64,000 nt of DNA from Alphaproteobacteria bacterium (GCA_964291215.2 OZ219790.1:416001-480000), one strand, 5' to 3'. Positions 50,412 through 63,172 are shown, numbered from the stretch's first letter. Program-made: numbers and translations. The notes: generated by a model from the sequence alone, not told the origin.

Positions 50412-52656
50412 CTACCGGACCTGGCGGAGGAACTCGGGGATCTCCATCGGGTGGGCGGCCTGCCCGTTGACCGGGCCGGTCGCCCCGATGTCGTCCGGCC
50501 CGTTCGCGGTGACCGGACCGGCATCGGCCTCCCCGGTATCGACCGCGTCGGCGGCGTCCGTCGCCTCCTCCCCGGCATTGCCGACCGTGCGCCCGGTGTC
50601 GAACGCGGTGAAGCCGGGCGGCGTCCAGGCGAGCGCGGCGGCGTGCATCGCGGCGCTCACTCCGACCGGCGGGTCGCCGGCGGCGAAGGCGGCCTCCATC
50701 GCCTCGGCGAGCGCGGGCTTCCTGTATTTCGACCGCGCCGAGGCCCAGTTGATGCCGAACACCGTGCGGGCGATGTCGAGGATGCGGCTCCTGGCGATCC
50801 GCGACCACAGCATCGCCGCCGTCGGACGGACATGCCTGGCGAAGTCGATGCCGAGCCGGGCCACCGTGGCTTCGAGTTCGGGCCGCGCCTGGGGTTCGAA
50901 GGCGAGCTGGCCCTTCACCGTGCGCGCGACGCAGGCCGCGAACAGCGCCTGTTTCTCCGCCCGGGGCAGCGCCCGGAGCGCGGCGAAGGACTGGCCGTCG
51001 TCCTCGATGGTCAGCCAGTCGAGCGACAGGTGCGAGCGGTCCTCCAGCATCGCCTCGCCCGGCGACCAGGCCGCGAAACCGGCATCGTTCATGCGGGCGC
51101 CGGGCCTGTCCGAGGTCTCGTTGACCGCGATGTCGAGGGCGTGACGGCCCGGCGCGAACACGGCGCGGCCCGTCTGGAACAGCACGAGGTCGAAGGCGGC
51201 CTCGAAGTCGCCGGCGAGATGCGCCTTGACCAGCGCGGTGCGGATCGCGCGCAGGTCGTCGGCGAGCCCGATGCCGACGCCGGCCTCCCTGCGCGCCTCG
51301 GATTCGGGGTCCTTCGGCGGCGCCATGGGCGTCGAGATGGGCGGATTGACGGACGGGCCGGCGGTGTGAACGCCATGACCGGCGGCAGGATCGACAGGGG
51401 TCCCGGCATCCGGGTCGCGGCCGGCCGGGGTCGCCGTACCGCTGGTTTCCGCCTGCTTCGGCATGTCCGCAGGTCTGACCAGGCCCTGGATGACCTGCAT
51501 CGCGCCGTCATGGCCGACGGTGACGATGCAGCCGGCCATCGCGAAGTCCTCGCGCCGGAACACCGCGCGCGCCTCGACGGCGGCCTCGATCCCGTCGAGC
51601 CGGGCCTCGACGGCCTCCGCTTCGGCGGCCAGTTCGTCGGTCCACTCGTCGTCATCGAGATTGACGAGTTCGTCGTGGCGGGTCGTCAGCTTCCCGATCT
51701 CGGCCCGCTCTTCGTCGGTCGGTGCGCCGGGCCGGGGCTCGATGCGCCCGTAACGGGCGGTGTCGCTCCAGTCGACCTCGACCATGGGGACAGCCCACTT
51801 CCAGCGGGTCGCCAGCTCGTCGGCGGCGGCCCGGAGCTTCTCCGCCGCGAGCTTCTCCAGCAGCACCGGGTCCTCGAACCAGATGCCGTGCTCGTATTCG
51901 TCGGCGAACAGATCGCGCATGACCTGGCCGCCCGCGGCCTCGTAGGCATCGACCCCGACGAAGCGGGCCACGGCCGAGGCGCCCGGCACGCGCTCCTCGG
52001 TCAGCAGGCGCTTCACCTGCCAGGCCGACGGGCGGCCGGCCTGCCCGGAGAGTTGTTCCCATACCGTCATCTGGCGCGTGCGGTCGGCGGTGACGGCGAA
52101 GGCCTTCAGCACTTCGAGGTCGATCCCGCCGGCCCGGTAGGCGTCCAGAAGCTCGGGTGCGGCGTTGCCGAGGCGCAGGCGCTGCTCGACGGTGCGCTCC
52201 GAGGCGCCGAACCGCGCCGCTATGGCGGCAACCGGCTGGCCGGCGTCGGCCAGCTTCGTGAACGCGACCACCTGGTCGGCCGGATGCATGGCGATGCGGA
52301 CCACGTTCTCGGCGAGCGAGAGTTCGGCCGGCTCGGCGTCGCCGGTCCTGACCAGGCAGGGCACCGGGTGGTCGGCGTCGAGCGCCTTGTCCCCGACGAG
52401 TGCCTGCATGGCCTTGATGCGGCGCCCGCCGGCGACCACGGCATAGCGCTCGATGCCATCCGGAGCCTGTCCCGGACCAGATCCGGGATCCGGCCGGACG
52501 ACGAGGTTCTCCAGCAGGCCGAGGGCGGCGATCGAGGCCTTGAGCTCGGCGTCGGCCCGGGCATCGGGCGGGGTCTTGCGGACGTTCTCGGGGGCGAGGC
52601 CGGGCGAGCGGGATGTCCCGGATGAGCGGCGCGGCCCCGGGGGCGATGAAGTTCAT
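50412..52656 (-). pseudogene. ParB/RepB/Spo0J-family protein of ICE type, frameshift near 52600
   Basis: LAPENVRK..LKASIAALGLLENLVV, VVAGGRR, SLAENVVR..MHPADQ and HTH IAARFGAS..VEQRLRLG. Confidence 0.85.
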
Positions 52657-52987
52657 GCCAGTCTCCATGGAGGGTTGCGGACGGTCGGCGCGGGCGGCCC
52701 ACTCCGGCGGCCCCGCGCCTGCCCGGACCGCCGCCCCGCTCCGGCTCCGGGCGGTGCGGTCCGGCGGGCGCCGGCGCCGGATACGGCGGCCGGCGCGGTG
52801 CGGCGGTATCGGGAAAGGCGGCAGACGGCGCGCGGCCGGAAGGGGTCCGGCCGGCGCTGCTGCGGGCGGGGAGCGGCGGTCCGCCCCGCGTCACGGGATC
52901 CGGATACGCAGGCGGCCGGCAGCGCCGGGGGCGCCGGCAGACGAAGGCGCCGTGGAGGGTCGGGAAGCGGCGCGCCGCCATCGGAGG

Positions 52988-54306
52988 TCAGGCGGCGATG
53001 CGCTCGCCCCAGGGCGCGGGTTGCCGCCACGGGCTGTCCCCGTGGTCGCACCACAGCACCGGGAACGGGGGCTCCGTCTCCGGATAGCGGGAGCATTCCA
53101 TGTCGGTGAAGTAGAGGCACACGCCCGGTTGTATCCCCTGCTCGTCGAGCCACTCGAAGCCCGGGCGGAAGTCCGTGCCGCCCCGCCCCTTCAGCGCGAT
53201 CTCTTCGGGGAGGTCGTCGGGCGCGTATTCCGCCGCGTCCTGCAGCGCTGCATCGACCTGGAGCACGACGACGCGCCCGGGCCGGATGTCTGCCGCGACC
53301 TCGCGCAGTTCGGCCCGGAACGCGGCCAGCGTCTCCGCCGGCAGCGAGCCCGAGGTGTCGATGATGACGGCAATCGTATCCATGCCCTCGGAACGGATCG
53401 AGGGGAGATAGAGGCCGGAGTCGATGAAGCGCCGGTTGGGGACGCTCCAGGAATAGTCGCTCTTCGCCGCGTCGGTCATGTGGCGGCGCAGCAGCGAGCG
53501 CCAGTCGAGCGCGCCCGCATGGGCGCCGCGGACGGTTTCCTCGACCGCGCCGGGCAATCTGCCTTCGGCCCTGGCGAGACCGAGCGCCTGGTGCATGGCC
53601 TCGTCCCAGGCCTGTTCTTCCAGCGTCATGTCGCCCGGCGAAGGCGCGCCGTCCCCGGCGCCGCCCGCCGGCGCGTCCATGACCTCGCCGGTGCCCGACG
53701 GATCGCAGCTTGCGTCGCCGCCGTTGTCATCGTTGCCGGAACCGCCGTCATCGTTCGAAGCGTCTGCCGAAGCATCCGCCTCCCTGTCATCGCCCGGTCG
53801 GACGGGTCGCTCCCGTCGGGCATGGGAGCGCCTGCCGAACCGGCGCCGGCATCTCCGCTGCCGGACGGGGGATTGCCGGCATCGCCGGATCCACCTTCGT
53901 CCGGCTTCGGCAATTGCTCGTATGCTTCCTCGACGCTGATCCCGTCCCACGCTTCCGCGTCGGGCGGCAGGGTGAAGCCGGCATCGCGCAGCAGGCCGTG
54001 GGTGACGAGCTGCGAGGCCAGCTGCCAGCGTTCCGGGTCGCGTTCGCCCCGGCGCGTGTGGTGCTTCAGCGCGCAGGCCAGCACCACCCGGGCGATCGCG
54101 GTCCCGATAAGGTGCGCCCCGGTCTCCGCGATTCATTGCGGCGAATAGCGGATCTCCCGCCCGTCGCTCGCCAGCGTCTTGCGGCCGGCGTCGGCGCGGA
54201 CCGGCAGGCGGAGCGCCAGGGTGCCGAAGAAGGGCTGCTCCCGCAGCAGCGCGGTCACGCAGCGGCTCACCCGCTGCGCCGACTCCGGGCAAGGGCGGGC
54301 GGCCAT
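52988..54306 (-). pseudogene. DUF2201-like (degenerate metallopeptidase) + vWA protein; nonsense at 54133 and frameshift near 53800
   Basis: PFFGTLALRL, LASDG, HHTRRG, LDWRSLL, YLPS, IIDTSGS (MIDAS), GRGGTDF and YFTD. Confidence 0.82.
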
Positions 54307-55204
54307 CACGCGGCCTCCCGCACCGGCGCCGTCCCTGCCTCCGGCGCGAAATACCCCGCGAACCTCTCCGCCAGCGCATCCGCGTCGCGCTTCACCCGCG
54401 CGCGGGCGACCGGATCGAAACTCTTCGACGGCCTGAGCGCGTCCGGCTCGACGCCGGCGATCTTCTCCTTCACCTGCCCGCAGAGCCGGGCGAGTTCGTC
54501 GTCGCCGAAGATATTGAGCCGCGGCACGATGTCGACAAGGTCGCGGATGTTGCCGATCATCGAGTCCCGGAACACCAGCGGCTTGCCCTCGCCGTCCTCC
54601 CGCAGGCGTTCGGAGACCCGCTCCACGGCATCGCCGAGGCGCCGGTAGAGGTCGCCCACCGCGCCGTGCAGCCGCTCCTCCACCTGGTTCTCGATGTCGC
54701 GCTTCACCCGGTCGGTGTCGTCGGAGGCGAGCTTCGCCATGAAATGGTCGGCACCGGGACGATCCGCCAGCGCAGGCCGAACCTGTCCCGGAGCGCCTCC
54801 TTCGAGGGATAGTCCCCGATGCGGAACAGCTTGCCGAGGTCGAGCCGGGCCTTTTCGATATTGTCGTCATAGTCCTCGATGAAGCGGGCGCGCTCGCGCA
54901 CCATGCGCTCGCGCAAGGACTCCATCAGCCCGGTGTAGCGCTCGTGGTTGGCGACGGGGAGCAGCCGGCTCCCCCGGTCGTCCCAGGGCAGGGTCTGGGC
55001 GTCGTGGGCCGCGCGCGCCGCGCTGACGGTGGCGTTGAGGGCGGCGAAGGCGGTTCGGGGCAGCAGGCACTTGTTGTAGCGCCCGGCGCTGACGCTCGCC
55101 TCGTGGTGGACGGCGACATGGGTGCTGGCCTGGCGGTCATGGAGCCGGCCCGACCAAGCGGCGATGCGCAGGCTGACCAGCATGGCGTCGTGGCTGAGAT
55201 TCAT
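54306..55204 (-). pseudogene. Conserved hypothetical (DUF3150-like) protein between AAA and vWA genes, frameshift near 54745
   Basis: AMLVSLRIAAWSGR..AGRYNKCLLP..TLPW..YPS..FRDSMI..LNIFGD. Confidence 0.55.
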
Positions 55205-55344
55205 CGGCGTTGTCTCCCTTGCAGTGGTTATCGGAGGGTCCATACGGGGAGGTTCGGAGCGGCGGCGAGACCGGATGCCCGCACGGCGCAGCTGCGCGTC
55301 TCCCGGCGGGTAGTGGATGAGTCGCCGGACCGCGGGATACTCCG

Positions 55345-56337
55345 TCATTGCGTGCGTGCGGCGGCCCAGCGGATGAAGGCCGGCGAGTGCTGGAGGGCGG
55401 CGGATGCAGGACCCGACCAGGAACTCGCCGACCTCCCGGCGCAGGCGCCCGGCATAGGTGACGATGGCGTCGAGCGTGATGTCGTCGGCCATGCGGTAGA
55501 GCACGCCGCAGAGCGCGATCAGCGCGCTCGCGTTGTCCGGCACGACCGCGTTCCCGGGATCGTCGAGCACGGCCCGGGGATGGGGCAGTTCGCGCCATAC
55601 CTTCAGGAAGGCCGAGAACTCGACCGCCGCCGCCTCGCCCACCGTGCCCCGGAACAGCGCCCGCTCGACAGAGGGGTCGGGACCGGCGCGCCGGTTGACG
55701 ATGCCGGAGACCATCTCCCAGGTCCGGGGGCAGCAGAACGCCTTCTCCTGCGGATCGAAGCGGTGCAGCAGGTCCGGGCGCATCCGGATGTAGAACAGCA
55801 CCTCGGGCGCGATGCCGTTGGCCGCCCCCCAGGCGAGCCAGTCTTCCGCGTCCACCCGGACCTCCAGATGGACAAAGCGCGAGGCGTCGGCATGCGGTGG
55901 ACCACGCCGCGGTCGCTCTCGCGGTTGCCGCAGGCGATCAGCGAGGCGCCCTCGGGCAGCTCGTATTCGCCGACCTTGCGGTCGAGCACCAGCTGGTAGA
56001 GCGCCGCCTGCACCATCGGCACGGCCGAGGGCAGTTCCTCCAGGTTGATGAGCCAGCGGCCGGGGTCGTCCGCCGGCGGCAGGAAGGCGGGCGGCGCCCA
56101 GCGGGTGCGCCCGTCCGCGTCGCGCCACGGGATGCCGCGCAGGTCCACCGGATCGAGCAGCAGCGCGCGCACGTCGACATAGCGGCGCGAACCCTCGGCG
56201 GCGGCCTGCTGCGCGAGCGCGCTCTTGGCGCAGCCCGGCGCGCCCCACAGGATGCAGGGCTGGCGCGCCTCGACCAGCAGCGCCAGGGTCGGCGCAAGCT
56301 CGCGCAGCGTGTAGTCGGCGGAAACGGTGTCGGTCAT
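55345..56337 (-). pseudogene. MoxR-like AAA+ ATPase, frameshifted
   Basis: LWGAPGCAKS (Walker A), INLEEL (Walker B), QAALYQL, ACGNRESD, SRFVHL and CPRTWE. Confidence 0.85.
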
Positions 56338-56767
56338 CGGCGGCCTCCGGAATGGCGGAAATGCGGCGCGGGCTCCCTCCGGGCGCCCGGCCGTTCACCC
56401 GAACCTCCGCGGCCCTTTCCTCATCGTGCCGGGGGAGCTTGTGCCGGCGCGCCAGGCGGGGGCCGGCACAGGACGGGAATGTGCGGTCAGGCGCCGACCG
56501 GATCCGCCGGGGTCTTCGAGGTCGCCAGCCAGGGAAACGCCGGTCGGTTCCGGAAGCGGCCTGCCGATGGCAGGGTGTCCGGCTGCCGGGCTTTCGGGCG
56601 CGGCGTGTGTTGAAACCGGCCTCCGGACGGATTATGGGTTGCAACGGCGGGTTCGCTGCGGCCGTGCGGGCGCGGCGCAGGTTTGGAATTCGGCAAGGGA
56701 GGATGGGGCCATGACGCGGATGCCCGGCGATGTCGGGATGCATGACCTGCGGCTCTTCGGGCGGGGC

Positions 56768-59022
56768 ATGAGCGCCTCACGCGCGAACCCGAACTCGTTG
56801 TACCCCCCCCCTCAAGAGTCAGGGCTAGCCCTGCCGTGTCATGACAAATCTGGTTGACAATGGTTTACGTGTTCACGCGTGTCTTTGTCCATCCCGGAAC
56901 CCGATTTCCCGGCCGATTTGGTGACCCAGTGCGGCGCTGGTGTGTCTGGCCACATGATCTGGTGACCCGGGCGTGCTGCGGTAGCCGCCGAGATGGGCGA
57001 CCAGGTGCACCGCATCGGCGAGACGCTCCGGTTCCTTCAGGGCGTACTTGTGTGCGTAGTCGCGCGAGTTCGCTGTCGGTGAACATCAGCTGCGGCTCGC
57101 ACCTGGCGGCCGAGCAGGGTCATGACCATGATGCGCCATGCGATGACGGCGTTGATCGCCCGCTGCAGGCGGTGCGGAACAGCAGGTGTTCCACCCTGCA
57201 TCCGGATTTGAGCACGTAATCCTCGATTCGCCAGCGCTGAAGGTAGAAGCCGACGATGTCGGCCGCCTCCTTCGCCAACCCGCACGGTGGTCAGCAGGCA
57301 CCGGGATCCTCACCCTCGGGCGCTCCCTGACCCCGTGCAGGGACACCGGCTTCGCGCTGGGGGCGGTGCCCGTCACGGGTGACGGACCGTAACTCGCCAG
57401 GCGCTTCTGTCGCGCGGGCCTTCTTCCGGCTGGCTTGCTCCGTCAGTCCCTCGATCTCAATCAGGCCGCCGGCCATGACGGCGAACAGCCTTCCCTCCTT
57501 CAGCACCCTGTCATGCTTGGCGCGCAGATCGACGCGGGGCAAGCGCGTGTCGAACAGCTCGAAGATGTCGGCTTCCCGACGGAGATGACGCGCGTCTTGC
57601 CGCCGGGGTGGCAGCGCCTTGAACCCCTCGAGCTGCGGCGTGTCTCCTGCGACCGGGGCTTCACCGGACCCAGCACCCCGAGTGGCAGGTCAGTCACCGC
57701 CAGGGTCGCGTGCAGGCTTGAGGCCCCGGTCTGGTTCTCACCTGCAGGCCGTCGCAGCCGGGAGAAGTTCAGGTCCGTGCCGCAAGAACCGTCTTCTGGC
57801 CACGGATGCGCCGGATGCTGCGCTCACGGTGCGGCGCAAGAATGTTCGCCGGCGTGATCTCCGAGGGCGACCATCCGGTAAAACGCATTGATCGCGGTGT
57901 TGTCGGCGCTGGGAGACGCATTGATCTTCTGACCGGCCGCCAGAAGGCTGGCGCTCCAGGCGCGCAGAAAGTCGCTTGTCACCCCCCTCCAAACTCGTTC
58001 TGCGCCCAGTCGTTCAGACCTTCGCCCGGCGAGGGCGCATGATCGACCTCCCCAGCTTCCTGCGCGCTCCAGTTCGGCCACGAAGACCGTCTTCACCGTC
58101 TCCCAGTGCTCCCGATCCTGCCGGCCTTCGGTCCTGCACAGGAAGTTGGCTGCGCGCAGGCAGGGTAACCTTCATCGGCAAAACTGAGCCATGGTCGAAA
58201 CGGTCCTCGAAGTCACGCGGCGCAGGATGCGCACATGGCTGGGCGGGCAGAGCACCTGATCAAGAAACGGCTCAGACAGACGATCCGCTGCAGGTGGTTC
58301 CGGCGCTGCCCGTCGTTCCATCCAGCGGTCCCGCGCCGCGCGGCGGCGGCAAACCCCGCCACCCGTGCGCCGAGCCCACGAGATATTGGCAGCCGGCGAA
58401 GGTCGTCGCGGGTGTTCACGCGCAATCAGCGTGACCGCTCGGTCAATACGATCCCCGACCACGATGATCTCGAGATCCCGAATGCGCGCGCCGGAACCTC
58501 TGCAGCGATACCAACAGGCGAGGCCGGCGGTCGATTGTCGGTGACTTCGGCACCGGCAGGACGATCTCCGGGCGCCCTCAGCGCCTTCATGCAGCCGGCA
58601 AGCTGCAGACGGCCGCGCGCGTCGACAAAGGCAAACTCCTCGCAGACGACCCAGAGCCGACCGGCTGTCGAACTGCTCACAGGACAGCAGCGACGCGATC
58701 CGCGCAACTGCTGCCTCGTCCCGCAATGTGCGGCTGATCTGAGACTGTGACATGGGACACTTATGCCACGCCGAAACACCGTTGTCCAGCTAAAATTTCC
58801 GTGACATGCGAGGGCTAGGGGCTCAGCCGGTGGGCGCCCCCGGGAGAACCGCCCGCCGCCTGAGCGCGGGACTCGCCTTCGTCTTCTTCGCGCTGGTGGT
58901 GCTCTCCGCACCCGAAAATGCGCATGCGGCCAAGACCGTCACCATATCGACCGCGTCAACCACGATCACCGAGGGCGATTCCGGCAAGAAGGATGTGACG
59001 ACCAACGTCAAGCTCGGGGAAG
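56768..59022 (+). pseudogene. Secreted Calx-beta-like/adhesin gene 5-prime end, split by IS4 and truncated by an IS66-type end
   Basis: MSASRANPNSLYPPPQESGL joins in frame across CTAG to GAQPVG..LAFVFFALVVLSAPENAHA-AKTVTISTASTTITEGDSGKKDV. C9 tract at 56803-56811. Confidence 0.65.
56829..58814 (-). mobile_element. Heavily eroded IS4-family (Tn5/IS50-like) element with N-terminal DUF4338-like region
   Basis: Imperfect IRs CCCTGCCGTGTCA / TGACATGCGAGGG flanked by duplicated CTAG (56825-56828, 58815-58818). Fragments INAFYR, GLHATLA, EADIFELF, RWRIED and LQRAINAVIAWRIM. Confidence 0.78.
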
Positions 59023-59760
59023 GTAAGCGTTCGTTCGTACGGTGAGGTGTTGCTGTTTTCGTCCGTTCGACGGGCTTTCGTCAGGGAGTTCCAGCGTCAC
59101 CTGGAGCGGTTTCGTGCGCCGCCGGGCCGGATGCGCGGTGAGGGGCACTGGTGCCATGCCGTGTTTTTCGCATTGGTTGCCGTTTGTCCCGGCGCTGCGG
59201 AGGAGGAGCTGAGCGCTATCCTGTGCCGGTTGCAGGGTTCGGCGATTGAGGGTCCGCTTCCTGTCCTTGCGAAGCGGGCAGAGCCAGATGTCCTTCTTCG
59301 GCTTGTCGGCCCTGTCATGTCGGTCGTAGCGGCCGCGCCCCTTGGTTGTTCCGACGCGGATCTGGCCCGCGGCCCGGTAGACGCCGCCGCTGTGGCGCGG
59401 GACCTCGACCAAGGTCTCACAGGGCGTGGTGTTGTAGCGCGCGGTTCAGTCTCCATGCGGCGGTCCAGAAGCCGAGCATGGCCAGCGGCTCGCCGTTCCG
59501 GTCATGGGCCGCGTAGCGGATCTGCGCGCCGACCAGGCGCGTGTATCCGAGGCAGTGTTAGCGGGCGACGAACTCGTTCCACAACCGGCCTTCCCGGGTG
59601 CCCACGATCCGGAAGTCGGCGGGCGGAGCTCGTCGAGAGTCTTCGGGGCTACGGCTCGGTGTCCGACGTGATCAGCTTCGGGGCCGGCGGGGTCCGGGCT
59701 GGCGGCGGCAGAAGGCGCGGGCGATGGCCAAACGGGTCCGCTCCGTGATCGTCACCCGTG
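59023..59760 (-). mobile_element. Remnant of an IS66-type element end with a DUF4338 (DruA-like) fragment
   Basis: GTAAGCGTTCG terminus at 59023. Minus-strand fragment YRAAGQIRVGTTKGRGRYD..PKKDIWLCPL. Confidence 0.55.
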
Positions 59761-61038
59761 GTGGCCTTGTATTCGAGCGTTTCCGACTCTCCGGCGGCAA
59801 CGATTGCGTAAATCTGCTCAGGCGTCATGGGCTATTACCATCGCGGAGTCCCGCACTATGCGTGCTTCTATGGAATCGCTTCCGAACCCATATCGGTTGG
59901 TAAGGGCTCCAAGGTCTGCACGATCTCCTCCAGAATATCGAATACCTTTTCAAAGTGCCGAAAGTCTTCGTCCGTGCCTTCGTTACGTAGCCAATCGCAG
60001 AGATTTCTTTTCTCGTCCTTATTTACACTCCAACATTCTGGAACTTCCTCTTGCCGTCCTCTAATGGTTCTGGCATGAGATGAGGCGATATCTATAAATC
60101 TCGGGTGATGTTTCCGAGCCCTCTCCAAAGTTGTCCTATCAAAAAGATTCTCGACACCTTTCTTTATGGGATGATTTTCGAAGTAAGGCATTTTCCTTTT
60201 GTAGATGCTGTCTTCCCTGTCTTCCCTGTCTTGGCTTTCCGGATCATGCAGCAAGATTATCATCTTTTCAGACAATGTGTCAACATTTGCAAGCTTTTTT
60301 AGGCTCGTCCATATCATCTTCAGATTTCCATTACCCCCAGAGCATTTAATTTCGAATTTTTCCAGGACGTCATTTTTCCCAAGGAACATTGCCGCACTCC
60401 TAAGGTAATCTCGATCTGTTTCACCTTCAACGATTATCATCAAATGTTGTGCACTTTCAACCAAATACCGAACCTCATTTGAAAATCTTGTAGTGTCCTT
60501 ATACGCCTGAAATGCTTGATCGAACTCGTCAAACTCCTCTGGAGAGATGCGAGAGCCGCTCGGAAGGTCATAGATCTCGAATCCGTCGTCTCCAAACACC
60601 TTTGCCATTCCGAGGGCAAACAACACCGAATGCGTAGTCATTACAAACTGAATTTGAGGAAACATCCGAATCAGTGTCGGGAGTATATCGTGCTGATGTC
60701 GTGAATGAAGATGCAGGTCAACCTCATCAACTACTACAATCCCTTTCACGGTTTCGATCGAAGTAAAAGGTATATTCCGCGCTTCCCTGAGGTCAAAATC
60801 CCTCAGTATGGAAAAAAACAGTGTTAACAGAGTCATCTCTCCGCTGGACAGCTGGAAGAGATTAGGGACCAATGCCTGCTGATCGTCCTCCAAGCTTATG
60901 ACTCGATTGTGTCTCCCGCCGATACCAAACCGAAGATTTTTCGTAACTGCCCAGGTCTGCTTCCGGCGATCAGCCACGGGTTATGGACTGAAGCTTCCGG
61001 TCTGCTGCCGCGGACGCGGAGGCGAGCGGCGGGGGATT

Positions 61039-62444
61039 TCAGAGGCGCAGTCTCGGGATCAGCTGCATGGGATCGGGATGCGCCAGGGTTTCGAGGACAT
61101 TCCAGCGTTGCTTTCGGGCTGTTGCGATGACGGAACGCAGGCTGGCGAAGTCGCGGGCGCCTTGCATTGATCGGAAGCCGCCCGAGATTTTCTGGCGCAG
61201 CTTGCCCATGCGGAGGTCGCGCTCGGCCTGGTTGTTCGAGAAGGGGGTTCTCGGGTCGGTGAGGAAGCGCAGGCAGCCCTCCTTGTATTTCTGGAGCCGG
61301 AGGGCGAGGTTGTGACCGATGCGGCGCTTTTGTCGTCCGTGCTTTCCGCTCTGGAGGGGCGCCATCTCTTCGTGAGAGGCGATGGCCTGCTCAAGGATGC
61401 GGTCCCAGGCTCGGGAGATGCGGGCCACCAGTGAAGCGGGCAGGTCGCGGTCATTCTTGCGGGCGAAGCGGGCGGCTCTGTTGGCACGGCTGAGGAGCCG
61501 GTGCGTGGTGGCTGCCCAGTTCTCGATCTCGATCAGGGCTTGGAGTTCGCGCAGGTGATGGGCATTGCAGGCCCCGTGGCGCACGCCTTGGAGAGCGAAG
61601 TAGGTGGCGTAGTCGTCATGGATGACGATGCCGTTGAGCTTCTCGTCGATGTGGCTGCGCCCGGCGGCGATGCGCAGGATGGTCAGCAACGGGGTGCACA
61701 GTACGTGGAGCCATTGGGTCCGGGCGGCGATGCGGATGCCGGTCTCGTCGAGGTGTTTGACCGGGGCCGCGGTGCGGATGATCTCGCCGACACGGTCGAG
61801 GAAGCCCTCGAAGCGCCGGGCGGTGCGTCTGCCCATGGCGGCGATGGTGGCGGTTGAGAGCCTGACCGCGAAGAGGTCGCTCATGACTTCGGCGACGCGC
61901 TTCTCCGGAATGAACTGCGCGTGCAGCAGGTAGGTCACCCACGCGGTGATACGCGGCCCGTACTGGACCGGGGCGCCGTTCGGGAAGACGGCTGTCGTCA
62001 CGGTGCCGCAGGCGGCACAGAGGCAGCGGTGCTCGGTGACCTCAAGGGGCTGCGGCACATCGAAGACCTGCCGGCAGACGGGGGCTCGGTGACGCTCAGC
62101 GGCCGACAGCGGCGCGCCGCAGCCCGCACAGGCGCAGGGATCATGATCGACGACGTGGTCGGGCGTCGCGGTCCGCTCCAGAGTGGTTCCCTTGTGGCTG
62201 ACCGCCGCCTGTCGGACGTGCCGCTCCGGGTGCGCTGGGGTCCGCTCTTCTTCTTCAGACCGTCGCTGGCCGGCGACCGGGAGCTGGTGGTGCTGTCGAG
62301 CGCGGCACTGCGCTCGAGTTCGGCAATCCGCTCGCGCAAGTGGGCGTTCTCCCGCTCCAGCGCGTCGTTCTCCCTGACCAGCGCCGCGCTCAGGCGCAGC
62401 AGCCCCTGGCCCGGATGGCTTTGATGACCGTCATCGCCAGGCAT
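61039..62444 (-). pseudogene. IS66 transposase (TnpC-like), frameshifted in the 5-prime part
   Basis: LDSTTSSRSPASD, HLDETG, CNAHHLREL and SNNQAERDLRMGKLRQKISGGFRS. Confidence 0.88.
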
Positions 62445-62512
62445 TGTGGGGTGAAAAGGTCCTGCAGGCACGCAAAAGCCTCGTCGTGGCCGGCGAGGTC
62501 CTCGCGCCACCG

Positions 62513-63172
62513 TCACGGGACCTCGACGGCCATGATCGCGGCCAGCACCGCCAGGCGTTCGCCCGCCGGCATGGCCTCGTAGAGCCGGCCCCAGTTGGCC
62601 GCCTTGCGCTTGATGCGCTGGCGGTCGGTGAAGTTCCGGCCGGCGAAGCGCGCCCAGTGCACCCGGTCGGGCGCGAAGTTGAACCACACCACCTCGGTCC
62701 GCACCCGGGCCTGGGTCGTCACCTGCAGCGCCAGCCGGCGCCAGCCCGACAGCAGGTCGTCATAGAGCGCAGACGGGTGGCCCGAGACCATCACCTGGCA
62801 GGGCAGACCCTTGAGCAGCTCAAGCAGCGCGACGTGGTCGGCCTCCGCATACTCGAAGCGGTAGCGCTGCGACGAACGCCGGGTCGCGTGCAGATAGGGC
62901 GGATCGCTGTAGACCAGCTCCGGGCCCAGAAACGCAAACGACGCCAGAAAGGAGTGGGCGCAGCCATGCACCAACTCCACCGGGTAGTCGCAGCCAAAGG
63001 CCTCAAGCGCCCGCTCATCGAGGTCGATCCCGATCGAGCGCACGGCAGCAGGCTTGCGCTTCATCAGCGCACCGCCCCCCAGGTGACTCTCGATATAGAC
63101 AGAGTGCGGCGGCATCAGCGCAATCAGCGCCTGGCTCAGACCCGTCGTCGCCTTCGATCCGAAATACCCCAC
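62513..63172 (-). CDS. Dam/D12-class N6-adenine DNA methyltransferase (compact, about 219 aa)
   Basis: GYFGSK, YIESHLGGGA, GIDLD, YSDPPY, VMVSG and RTEVVWFNF. GTG start after GGAGGAG. Confidence 0.85.
   Translation of the reverse strand: MGYFGSKATTGLSQALIALMPPHSVYIESHLGGGALMKRKPAAVRSIGIDLDERALEAFGCDYPVELVHGCAHSFLASFAFLGPELVYSDPPYLHATRRSSQRYRFEYAEADHVALLELLKGLPCQVMVSGHPSALYDDLLSGWRRLALQVTTQARVRTEVVWFNFAPDRVHWARFAGRNFTDRQRIKRKAANWGRLYEAMPAGERLAVLAAIMAVEVP

Noticed and set aside
58172-59750. Druantia defence system from DUF4338-like fragments
   Set aside because: Both fragments are IS-associated and degraded, and no DruE helicase or other Dru genes are present.
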